The notes beneath the pieces were generated by a model that made no database searches, was not told the origin of the DNA, and saw only the letters and a list, made by a program, of their open reading frames with translations. A program made the position numbers and the translations under genes. Below are positions 56,648-64,000 of a stretch of DNA of 64,000 bases, piece by piece (the stretch's first letter is position 1; every line of letters begins with the position of its first letter). The stretch lies in the NCBI GenBank assembly GCA_964634465.1, contig CAZWLY010000016.1:7771-71770 (forward strand), written 5' to 3'. Origin of the DNA: an uncultured Thermodesulfobacteriota bacterium (GTDB lineage Bacteria; Desulfobacterota; Desulfarculia; G963662305).

Positions 56648-56798
56648 CGCTTCGGAGAGCGGCGAGCCTCGCCTTCGCCCGGGGCGATAGCGCGTAAGGA
56701 CGGTCATCGAGATGGCGTCGAGTGGCCGCGGGGCCGAAGCGCCTGGCGGCGCCCTCGGCCCCGCGGCGAGGCTCACCCGGAAAGCGAGGCCCGATCGT

Positions 56799-58100
56799 TT
56801 ACAACAGCTCCGCCGCCAGTTCGGCCACCAGCGAGCGCTCGCCCTTGATCAAGGTCACGTGGCCGGAGATCTCCTCGTCCTTGAGGCGCTCGACCAGATA
56901 GGTCAAGCCGTTGGACGAGGCGTCCAGATAGGGATGGTCGATCTGCTCCGGGTCGCCGGTGAAGACGATCTTGGTCCCCTCGCCGACCCGGGTGATCAGG
57001 GTCTTGACCATGTGCGGGGTCAGGTTTTGGGCTTCGTCGCAGACGATGAACTGGTTGGGAATGGACCGGCCCCGGATGTAGGTCAACGCCTCCATCTCCA
57101 ACAAGCCCATCTCCTTCAAGTGCTCCTGGATGCCTTTCGGGTCCTCGGCCTTGGAGAAGATGTACTCCATGTTGTCGAACAGCGGCTGCATCCAGGGGCG
57201 AAGCTTCTCTTCCTTGCCGCCGGGCAGATAGCCCAGGTCCTCGCCCATGGGCGTCACCGGGCGGGTGATCAACAGGCGGCCGTAGGCGCCCGCTTCCATG
57301 ACTTGTTCTAGGCCGGCGGCCACGGCCAAAAGCGTCTTGCCCGTGCCGGCCCGACCGGCCAGGGTGACCACCTGGACCGACTCGTCCAGAAGCAGTTCCA
57401 TGGCGAACTGCTGCTCCTTGTTGCGGGCCTTGATTCCCGAGACCACGGCCTGGCCGTTGTTCAGTTGGACCAGATGGCCGTCCTTGACCCGGGCCAGCGC
57501 CGACTGGGATGGATTGGAGGAATTCTTCAAGATGAAGAACTGGTTGGGCTTGACCGGCTCATCGGGGTTGAGTTCCAGGCCGCCGTTCTGGTAGAAGGCG
57601 GACATCTCCTGGCTGGAGATCATCAGCTCGCCGACGCCGGTGTAGAGGCGCTCGTAGTCGATCTTGTCGTTGTAGAAATCCTCGGAGGCGATGCCGACCA
57701 CGTCGGCCTTGATGCGAAGGTTGAGGTCCTTGGTGACCAGGACCACCTTGTCGCCGTTCTCTTCCTGGAGGCAGAGGCAGACGGCCAGGATGAGGTTGTC
57801 GGGCTTGTTCTGATCGACGCCGGGCGGCAGCTTGGCGAAGTCCTGGTGGTTCAATTCGATCCGCAGCTCGCCGCCGTTGGGCAACTCGATGCCGTCGGAC
57901 AGCCGGCCCTGGAATCGCAACTCGTCCAGCATCCGGGAGACGACCCGGGCGTTGCGGCCGACGTCATCGTGGCGGCGCTTCTGGTCGTCCAGCTCCTCGA
58001 TGACCAGCAGGGGTATGACGACCTTGTTGTCCTCGAAGGCGTAGAGGGCGTTGGGGTTGTGGAGCAGAATATTGGTGTCCAGAACATAGGTCTTTCTCAT
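56799..58100 (-). CDS. PIN-domain + PhoH-like ATPase (YlaK/PhoH2-type)
   Basis: 433 aa. The N-terminal PIN domain reads VLDTNILLH...EELD. The C-terminal PhoH P-loop domain carries GRAGTGKT (Walker A) and a DEAQN Walker B motif. Confidence 0.85.
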   Translation of the reverse strand: MRKTYVLDTNILLHNPNALYAFEDNKVVIPLLVIEELDDQKRRHDDVGRNARVVSRMLDELRFQGRLSDGIELPNGGELRIELNHQDFAKLPPGVDQNKPDNLILAVCLCLQEENGDKVVLVTKDLNLRIKADVVGIASEDFYNDKIDYERLYTGVGELMISSQEMSAFYQNGGLELNPDEPVKPNQFFILKNSSNPSQSALARVKDGHLVQLNNGQAVVSGIKARNKEQQFAMELLLDESVQVVTLAGRAGTGKTLLAVAAGLEQVMEAGAYGRLLITRPVTPMGEDLGYLPGGKEEKLRPWMQPLFDNMEYIFSKAEDPKGIQEHLKEMGLLEMEALTYIRGRSIPNQFIVCDEAQNLTPHMVKTLITRVGEGTKIVFTGDPEQIDHPYLDASSNGLTYLVERLKDEEISGHVTLIKGERSLVAELAAELL

Positions 58101-58114
58101 TTGGGTCGGTCTCC

Positions 58115-58132
58115 CGATTGATTCGATTGATT
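58115..58132. repeat. Tandem direct repeat (CGATTGATT)x2 immediately upstream of the PIN-PhoH start
   Basis: Two exact 9-bp units lie 15-32 bp upstream of the start codon on the coding strand side. Confidence 0.3.
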
Positions 58133-58514
58133 GCGACTTGGGCTCGGGGCGGAAACGCTCCGATTCCGGGACAGGGGGTTGGCGATGGCCAGGCGGGTTA
58201 TTTTCGCCCCCAATCCTTAGGGTTCAGCGACACCGCTCGACAGGCTTACGGGCCGTCGATCCTTTCCTCTTTCCGAGGTCGCCGGCCCACCCGGCCGGGC
58301 CGGTTTGAGCGCCGTCGCCGAGGGCAAAGGAGCGGCTTGCACGACGCCCGCTTCCACCCGATGGGCACTCTAACCATAAGCCATCCGGGAGGGTTGGTCA
58401 ACCAAGCCTTGCGCCGTCGGCGAGCCCGATATGATTCGGTTCGCGTCCTGACCGCTCCCCACTCGTCCTTGACTCCACTGTCATAACAAGCTAAGAATTC
58501 TTCAGAGGTTAAAC

Positions 58515-59891
58515 ATGGGTGGACGTCGCGTTTTCAGGGATTGGACCGTTCTGCTGGTCGCTTCGACCTTCAACCAACCGCGATTCAAGGGACTTTTGGA
58601 GCAGCTCGGCTTCGCCAGGTTTCGCGTCACCGACCAGGACCGCCAGGTTCCGGCCCTGGTCCGCTCGATGCAGCCCAACCTGGTCATGATCGACCGCCAG
58701 TTGAAGGTCTTTTCCGGCGTCCAACTCCTGGTCGCCTGCCGGCAGGACCAGCGCTGCGCCGAGGTGCCCTTTCTCATCGTCGGCGACAAGGACGATTTCC
58801 GGCCGGGCGGGTTGGCCGAGCGGGTGGCCGCGTTCGACAAGGCCCACATGGTCGCCGAACCGCTGACCGAGGCCAAGCTGGGCGAGGCCCTCGACGACCT
58901 GGTCAGCCAGTTCATCGACCTGAGACAAGAGGAGGCCCTCCGCCTGGCCGACGAGGCCGATCGGTTGGCCGAGACCGGCGACTACGAGGCGGCGCTCAAG
59001 CTGCTGGAGGAGGCGGCCAAGCTCCACGGCGATCATATCGACATCCAGACCAAGCGGGCCGCGGCTCTGGCCCAGGTGGGGCGGCTGGAGGAGGCGGAGG
59101 AGGCTTATCGCCGTGTCCTGGAGGCCGACCCGAACAACCTGCGGGCCTACTTCGGCCTGGCCGAAGTCTACGAGGCCCTCCAAAAGTTCGAGCAGGCGAT
59201 CGAGGTCGTCCAGAAGGCCGGCCAGGTGGCCAAGTCGCTCAACATGCCGGGCTCCCAGCAGGGGCGCATCCACCTGTTCATCGGTGAGTTCGACCTCAAA
59301 CTGGAGAAGCTGAAGGAGGCGGCCGAGTCGTTCAAGGAGGCCGTCGATCTGGACCCGGACAACGCCCAGCTCAAGAGCGATATCGGCGACGCCTACGCCT
59401 CCCGGGGCTACCATGAAGAGGCCGAGGCCTACTACGAGGCGGCCATGGCCCAGGACCCCAGACTGGCCCACATCTACAATCGGCTGGGCATAACCTACCG
59501 CCGCCAGGCCAAGTACAACCAGGCTCTGGAGGTCTACAAAAAGGCCCTCCGCATCCGCCCCAAAGACGACCACCTGCTGTTCAACATCGCCCGGACCCTG
59601 GATGAAGCCGGTCGCCGCGAAGAGGCCGAGAAATACCTCGACCGGGCGATCCGGATCGCGCCCAATCTCAAGGAGGCCAAGGCGCTCAAGGCTTCCTTCG
59701 AGGCCAAGAAGGAGCAGCTTGACGGCGACGAGGCCGTTCCTCCACCGCAGGAACATCGGCCGGGGGCGGTTCAATTGAAAGAGGCCGGGCCCGGCAAGGT
59801 GGCCGCCGTGGCCCGCAAGGTGGCCGAGGACCCCAAACGCGATCGGGGCACCTTCGGCCGGTTCGACAAACTCCAGCGGCCCAAGAAGTGA
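58515..59891 (+). CDS. Receiver (REC)-like domain fused to TPR repeats
   Basis: 458 aa. The N-terminal CheY-like portion reads TVLLVAS...LVMID, and at least 7 TPR-like repeats follow. Upstream candidates TTGACT, 17 bp, TAAGAA give a possible promoter. Confidence 0.7.
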   Translation: MGGRRVFRDWTVLLVASTFNQPRFKGLLEQLGFARFRVTDQDRQVPALVRSMQPNLVMIDRQLKVFSGVQLLVACRQDQRCAEVPFLIVGDKDDFRPGGLAERVAAFDKAHMVAEPLTEAKLGEALDDLVSQFIDLRQEEALRLADEADRLAETGDYEAALKLLEEAAKLHGDHIDIQTKRAAALAQVGRLEEAEEAYRRVLEADPNNLRAYFGLAEVYEALQKFEQAIEVVQKAGQVAKSLNMPGSQQGRIHLFIGEFDLKLEKLKEAAESFKEAVDLDPDNAQLKSDIGDAYASRGYHEEAEAYYEAAMAQDPRLAHIYNRLGITYRRQAKYNQALEVYKKALRIRPKDDHLLFNIARTLDEAGRREEAEKYLDRAIRIAPNLKEAKALKASFEAKKEQLDGDEAVPPPQEHRPGAVQLKEAGPGKVAAVARKVAEDPKRDRGTFGRFDKLQRPKK

Positions 59892-60040
59892 AGCCGGTCG
59901 AAACCGGTCCGGCAAGGCGGCCCGACTCGCCATTCAACCCACCGACATACCTATGATTCACCGGCCGACCGGCTCCGGACGCGTCCCGGCCGTCCCGACC
60001 CGCTCCGCCCCGCCGTGTTGACCGCGGCGCTCAATTAGAG

Positions 60041-60070
60041 TTGGAGCCGCCGCCCGGCGCGGATTAGAAT
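60041..60070 (+). promoter_or_regulatory. sigma70-like promoter upstream of the AsmA-like gene (-35 TTGGAG, 17 bp, -10 TAGAAT)
   Basis: Hexamers lie at 60041-60046 and 60065-60070, 44 bp upstream of the GTG start. A GGAGA RBS is present. Confidence 0.3.
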
Positions 60071-60113
60071 ATTCTCCACAGGGTGATTTAACTCATCGCC
60101 GGAGACGAAATCG

Positions 60114-63100
60114 GTGGTCAAGCGGCTGACAATCTGGTTGGGCCTGACCCTGGCCGTGATCGCGGTTCTGGTCGGGGTCGGTCTGGGCCTGATCCGCTAC
60201 CGGCCCGAAGTGTGCCGACCCTGGCTGGAACGCCTTCTGGCCCCGCCGGGCGGCCGGCTGACCATCGGCCGCCTGGCGGTCCGCTACCGGCCGCTGAGCC
60301 TGACCCTGAAGGATGTGGACACCCAGGCCCCGGCGGAGGCCGGCTACTCGCTCAAGCTGAAGTCGCTTCGACTGACCGCCGATCCCTGGGCCGGTCTGAA
60401 AGGCGGTCTGTGGCTCAAGCACCTGGAGGTGGTCGAGCCCGACCTGACCTTACGCCCCGAACCGGCCGCCGAGCGGGAGTCGGACCTGTCCGGCCTGGCC
60501 GTGCTTTTGGGCGTCGAGCGACTGTCGGTCAGCCGGGGCCGGTTCAAGCTGGTCGAGCCGGAGGGCAGCCTGGAGACGCGCGAGCTGTCCATCTCGCTCG
60601 AGGCCGGCCGGGGAGACGAACTGCCGCTGGAGTTCAAGGGCCGACTTCGCCTCTCGCGGCCGAACGGCCGGGAAGCGTTCTCCGGTCTGGTTTCGGGCCG
60701 GGGAGTCTTGGCCCTCGGCCGCTCGCTCAGGGCCGAGGTCGAGGTCGTCGAGGGCCGCCTGGACCTGGAGCGGGTCAGCGGCGAGTTGACCGTCGCCGCC
60801 GGCCTGGAACTTACGCCCGAGCGGCTGGTCGTAAGCGGCGTCGTCGGCCGCATGGCCCGGGCCGAGGTGGACCTTGGCTCCGGGGTGAGGTGGCAAGGCC
60901 CGATCGGCTTCAAACTGGCCGGCTCCCAAACCGAGCTCAAGACTGGACGGAGCGAGTTGGTCGGGCTGGACGTCCAGGCCGCCGGTTTGGGCCGCCTGAC
61001 CGGAACGCTTTCCGGTTGGCCTGACGGGCGTCTTTCCGGCCGCCTGACCGGCCTGATCGAAGAGCCCGGCGCCGTTCTGGCCGCGCTCAGGCCGGTTTTG
61101 CCTCCGGCCTGGAGCCAGGCGGCGGTCTGGGGCGAGACGCCGTTCGAACTGAAGCTCGACACTCCGGCCGATCGCCTCCTGATCGAGCTCGAGCTGGGTC
61201 TCGACGAGGTGGTCCTGGCCGCGCCTCGGTGGAAGCTCGAAGCCGATCTGGGCGGCCGGTTGTCGCTGGCCGGACCGCCGGCCGGGCCGCACCGGCTTCT
61301 CGGTCGGATCGAGGCCCGAGCCGCGTTCGGTTTCGGCCGGCTCTCGGCCAAAGCGGTCGAGGTCGAGATGGACCTCACCGGCCGCCTGCCCCAGCAGGTC
61401 CGGGCCGCCTGCCGGTTGGCCGTCGGCCCGTTCGACCTCACCTGGTCGAGCCGGCCGATCGAGATCGGTTCGATCGAGGCCAAGGGCGAACTCGGCCTGA
61501 CCGGCGGCGGGGCGCTGGAGGTTGAGGATGTGGTCGTCTCCACCGCCGCCCTGGGCGAGATTCGAGGCCGCTTGGCCCTGACCAAGGCCGGTCTGTCGGG
61601 CCGGGGGCGGGCCGAAGCGGTGGATCTGGCCGCCCTGGCCGGGCTTGTCCAGTCCCTGACCGGCTTCGACCTGACCGCCTGGTCGCCGACCGGCCGGGCC
61701 GACATCGAGGCCGGGCTCGCTCCGGATTCGTCCGGCCGGGTCGCCGAGACCAAGGTGAGTCTGAAACAGTTCGACCTGACCGTATTCGGCCGGCCGATCA
61801 GTTTCGGTTCCGTCGAGGCCCAGGCCGACCTGCGCTTCAAAAAGGGCGGGGCGCTGGAGGTCAAGGATGTGGTCGTCTCCACCGCCGCTCTGGGTGAGAT
61901 TCGAGGCCGCTTGGCCCTGACCAAGGCCGGTCTGTCGGGCCGGGGGCGGGCCGAAGCGGTGGACCTGGCCGTCCTGGCCGGGCTGATTAAGCCCTTGACC
62001 GGCTTCGAGCCGGCCGCCTGGTCTCTGGCCGGCCGGGCCGATATCGAGGTCGGATTCGCTCCTGGAGCGTCCGGTGGAGCCGTCGAGGCCAGGCTGGAGC
62101 TGGACGAGATCGATCTGGCCTCGCCCGACGGCCGGGTGATGATCGAGCGCGGGCAAGGGCGGCTGCGCTTCGGCCTCGATCCGGCCGAGGCGCGGCCGTT
62201 GCGGCTCGATCTGTTCCTACGCGGCGGCGAGGTGCTGGCCGACACTGTCTATCTCAACCTGGCCCGCCGGCCGCTCGAAGTCGGGGTGAGGGCGCGGGAG
62301 GTCTCGACCCGCACCCTCGACGGCCTCGAAGTGTCGGCCGACTTGGGCCAGTTCGGCCGGCTCAAGCTCTCCGGCCGAGCCAGACGGTTGAACGACGGCT
62401 GGGATTACCGGGCCCGGTTGCGACTCAAGAACGCCGACCTGAATGAAGTATTCCAGACCTTCATTCGTGAGCCCCTGGCCGCCTCCCGGCCCGACCTCCA
62501 GGACCTGGACCTGTCCGGTATGGCCGACCTGGAGTTGGACCTCTCCGGCCGCGGTCCCGCGGCGACCATCAAAGGCCGGGCCAGCCTGGTGGGGGGCGGT
62601 CTGAACGACGCCCGGAGCGGCCACCTGGTCAAGGGCCTCATCCTCGAACTGCCGATCGACTACCGCTTCGGTCCCCAGGGGGCCGGCCGGCCGAGCGACG
62701 GCAGGCCCCGCCGCTGGGGCCGGATTCGGGCCTTGAGCATTGGCTCGCCTTTCGGCGAAATCAAGAACCTGGACCTGCCCCTGGCCCTCGTTCCGGGCCG
62801 CCTGGTCTTCAGCCGCGGGCTGACCCTGCCCCTGTTCGACGGCAGCCTGGTTCTTGATCGGATGACCGTCGAGCGGCCCCTGTCCAGGGATTTCGAGGCT
62901 CGGGCCACGGTCGAGATTCGCCGCTTCGACCTATCCCTGGCGTCTCCGCCGGAGTTTCCCTTGGAGGGCGGCCTGGCCGGCCGGTTGGGCCGGGTGAGCC
63001 TCAACCGCCGCCGACTGACCACCACCGGCGGGTTGACCGGCCAGTTTTTCGGCGGCCGGGTGAAGACGTCGGCCTTGACCGTCTACCGGCCGTTTTCGCC

Positions 63101-63602
63101 GGGCCGGATGCTGGCCGCCGACGTCACCGTGGAGCGCTTGGACCTGGGCCGGCTGACCAAGGCCCTCAAGCTCGGCAAGATCACCGGCAAACTGACGGCC
63201 AGAATCGAGGGGCTCAGGCTGGCCCATGGTCAGGCGGTGGCGTTCAACCTCCGAGCCGAGTCGGTGGCCGTGAAAGGGGTCAAGCAGCGGGTCAGCATCA
63301 AGGCGGTCAACTCCATCTCGGTTCTGGGCACCGGCTCGGGCCTGACCGGACTCGGAGTTACGATCATGGCCCCCTTCTTCCGTGAATTCCCCTACGAGCG
63401 GATCGGATTTTTGTGTAATCTTAAGAATGACGTCTTTACCATCCGGGGCTTGATCCGCGAAGACGGGGTCGAGTACCTGGTCAAGAAGCCGTTTCTGACC
63501 GGGATCAACGTGGTCAATCGCAACCCGAACAACCAGATCAGCTTCAAGGACATGCTGGGCCGCCTCCGCCGGGTGATGGGCGGCCATGACCAGCCGGGCT
63601 GA
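60114..63602 (+). CDS. AsmA-family / YdbH-TamB-like large envelope protein
   Basis: 1162 aa with a GTG start. It has an N-terminal TM anchor (LTIWLGLTLAVIAVLVGVGLGLI), a long Gly/Leu/Arg-rich beta-repetitive body, and an internal duplicated module. It is followed by a YdbL-like gene, as in the E. coli ydbH-ynbE-ydbL operon. Confidence 0.7.
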   Translation: MVKRLTIWLGLTLAVIAVLVGVGLGLIRYRPEVCRPWLERLLAPPGGRLTIGRLAVRYRPLSLTLKDVDTQAPAEAGYSLKLKSLRLTADPWAGLKGGLWLKHLEVVEPDLTLRPEPAAERESDLSGLAVLLGVERLSVSRGRFKLVEPEGSLETRELSISLEAGRGDELPLEFKGRLRLSRPNGREAFSGLVSGRGVLALGRSLRAEVEVVEGRLDLERVSGELTVAAGLELTPERLVVSGVVGRMARAEVDLGSGVRWQGPIGFKLAGSQTELKTGRSELVGLDVQAAGLGRLTGTLSGWPDGRLSGRLTGLIEEPGAVLAALRPVLPPAWSQAAVWGETPFELKLDTPADRLLIELELGLDEVVLAAPRWKLEADLGGRLSLAGPPAGPHRLLGRIEARAAFGFGRLSAKAVEVEMDLTGRLPQQVRAACRLAVGPFDLTWSSRPIEIGSIEAKGELGLTGGGALEVEDVVVSTAALGEIRGRLALTKAGLSGRGRAEAVDLAALAGLVQSLTGFDLTAWSPTGRADIEAGLAPDSSGRVAETKVSLKQFDLTVFGRPISFGSVEAQADLRFKKGGALEVKDVVVSTAALGEIRGRLALTKAGLSGRGRAEAVDLAVLAGLIKPLTGFEPAAWSLAGRADIEVGFAPGASGGAVEARLELDEIDLASPDGRVMIERGQGRLRFGLDPAEARPLRLDLFLRGGEVLADTVYLNLARRPLEVGVRAREVSTRTLDGLEVSADLGQFGRLKLSGRARRLNDGWDYRARLRLKNADLNEVFQTFIREPLAASRPDLQDLDLSGMADLELDLSGRGPAATIKGRASLVGGGLNDARSGHLVKGLILELPIDYRFGPQGAGRPSDGRPRRWGRIRALSIGSPFGEIKNLDLPLALVPGRLVFSRGLTLPLFDGSLVLDRMTVERPLSRDFEARATVEIRRFDLSLASPPEFPLEGGLAGRLGRVSLNRRRLTTTGGLTGQFFGGRVKTSALTVYRPFSPGRMLAADVTVERLDLGRLTKALKLGKITGKLTARIEGLRLAHGQAVAFNLRAESVAVKGVKQRVSIKAVNSISVLGTGSGLTGLGVTIMAPFFREFPYERIGFLCNLKNDVFTIRGLIREDGVEYLVKKPFLTGINVVNRNPNNQISFKDMLGRLRRVMGGHDQPG
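61505..61992 (+). repeat. Intragenic tandem duplication inside the AsmA-like gene (342-bp period; roughly 145-bp cores nearly identical at nucleotide level)
   Basis: The 61505-61650 core and the 61847-61992 core share roughly 95% nucleotide identity (GGCGGGGCGCTGGAGGT..GATGTGGTCGTCTCCACCGCCGC...). Flanking parts of each 114-aa unit are only loosely similar. Confidence 0.6.
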
Positions 63603-63636
63603 ACGCGGTGGTAAAGGAAGGTAAGGGGAGGGGAAT

Positions 63637-64000
63637 ATGGCTCGAAACATGGTCCGGGTGGGGACGATCGTCGGACTGGCCCTGGTTGTGGCCGCCTGCG
63701 TGACGGTCAACCTCTATTTTCCGGCCGCCCAGGTGGAGAAGACGGCCGAGGAGATCGTCAAGGACGTCTACCAGAAGGACGGCGGGAGCAAGAAGAAGCC
63801 GGGCGACTCCTCGTCGCTGAGGCGCTTTCTGGCCTGGCTGGAGCCGAGGGAGGCCCACGCCGCCGACGTGACCACGGTCAGCAACGCCAACATCCGGGCC
63901 ATCAAGGGGGCGATGCGCCGGCGGCACAGTCAGCTTCGGCCCTTCTACAACGCCGGCCGGGTGGGTATCGCCAGGGACGGCTCGCTGGTCCTGCGCGACA
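63637..64000 (+). CDS. YdbL-like (DUF1318) small periplasmic protein, partial (runs off the window end)
   Basis: GGGGAGGGG RBS. MARNMVRVGTIVGLALVVAACVTV (lipoprotein-like signal). It sits 35 bp after the AsmA-like gene. Confidence 0.45.
   Translation, partial: MARNMVRVGTIVGLALVVAACVTVNLYFPAAQVEKTAEEIVKDVYQKDGGSKKKPGDSSSLRRFLAWLEPREAHAADVTTVSNANIRAIKGAMRRRHSQLRPFYNAGRVGIARDGSLVLRD

Noticed and set aside
56730-56776. A 13-bp perfect GC inverted repeat (GCCGCGGGGCCGA ... TCGGCCCCGCGGC) between convergent dctM and PIN-PhoH
   Set aside because: No U-run follows it on either strand, so it is not a classical intrinsic terminator. I saw only one copy in the window, so I cannot call it a REP-like dispersed repeat. 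It may be an RNA-stabilising stem or a Rho-dependent terminator element.
1-64000. CRISPR arrays, tRNA or rRNA genes, IS elements, integrases, phage genes, and known defence systems (RM, TA, CBASS and others)
   Set aside because: I saw no regularly spaced direct repeats, no cloverleaf-like tRNA candidates in intergenic regions, and no transposase, integrase or recombinase-like translations in any frame. The only short tandem repeat is the 2 x 9-mer at 58115-58132.

Overview
A GC-rich (roughly two-thirds G+C by eye) bacterial chromosomal segment, densely coding, with most genes on the minus strand. I found no rRNA, tRNA, CRISPR array or obvious mobile element. The content is metabolic and transport-oriented and looks like an anaerobe or facultative organism that degrades organic acids. 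In window order the genes are as follows. (1) A MacAB-like efflux module with split ATPase and permease genes, whose HlyD-family adaptor carries an inserted Spy/CpxP-like LTXXQ domain. (2) A secreted Ntn-hydrolase (phospholipase-B-like or C45-like). (3) A multi-PAS GGDEF-EAL signalling protein. (4) metC, divergent from a monocistronic undecahaem (11 x CXXCH) c-type cytochrome. (5) A long minus-strand supercluster: GntR regulator, alanine dehydrogenase, an FmdE-like and a MoCF-binding-domain pair, a divergent stand-alone CarB paralog, a TRAP transporter (DctPQM), a PaaK-family ligase translationally coupled to a 58-aa protein, an 86-aa extremely His-rich protein, and two AMP-forming CoA ligases. 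(6) A small divergent unit holding an esterase and an FMN-dependent 2-hydroxy-acid dehydrogenase with an N-terminal Cys4 motif, next to a truncated nitroreductase remnant. (7) A LivKHMGF-type ABC importer fused in operon with a third CoA ligase. (8) An acetoin or 2-oxo-acid dehydrogenase complex operon (SDR, E1 alpha, E1 beta, E2, E3, Zn-ADH) extended by a BKACE and a URO-D-family protein. (9) A GntR-controlled sugar-acid cluster with a UxaA/GarD-family and an IlvD/EDD-family dehydratase, a LarA-like (DUF2088) protein and a second TRAP transporter. (10) A PIN-PhoH protein, a REC-TPR protein, and a 1162-aa AsmA/YdbH-like envelope protein that contains a nearly identical intragenic tandem duplication and is followed by a YdbL-like gene. 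Several sigma70-like promoters, GntR-type palindromic operators and intrinsic terminators are visible. The observations I would look at first are the His-rich protein with the coupled small ORF next to PaaK, the CarB paralog with substitutions in both ATP-grasp catalytic motifs, the orphan FmdE/MoCF pair, the 11-haem cytochrome, the LTXXQ insertion in the efflux adaptor, and the homogenised internal repeat in the AsmA-like gene. I did not recognise any known defence system.
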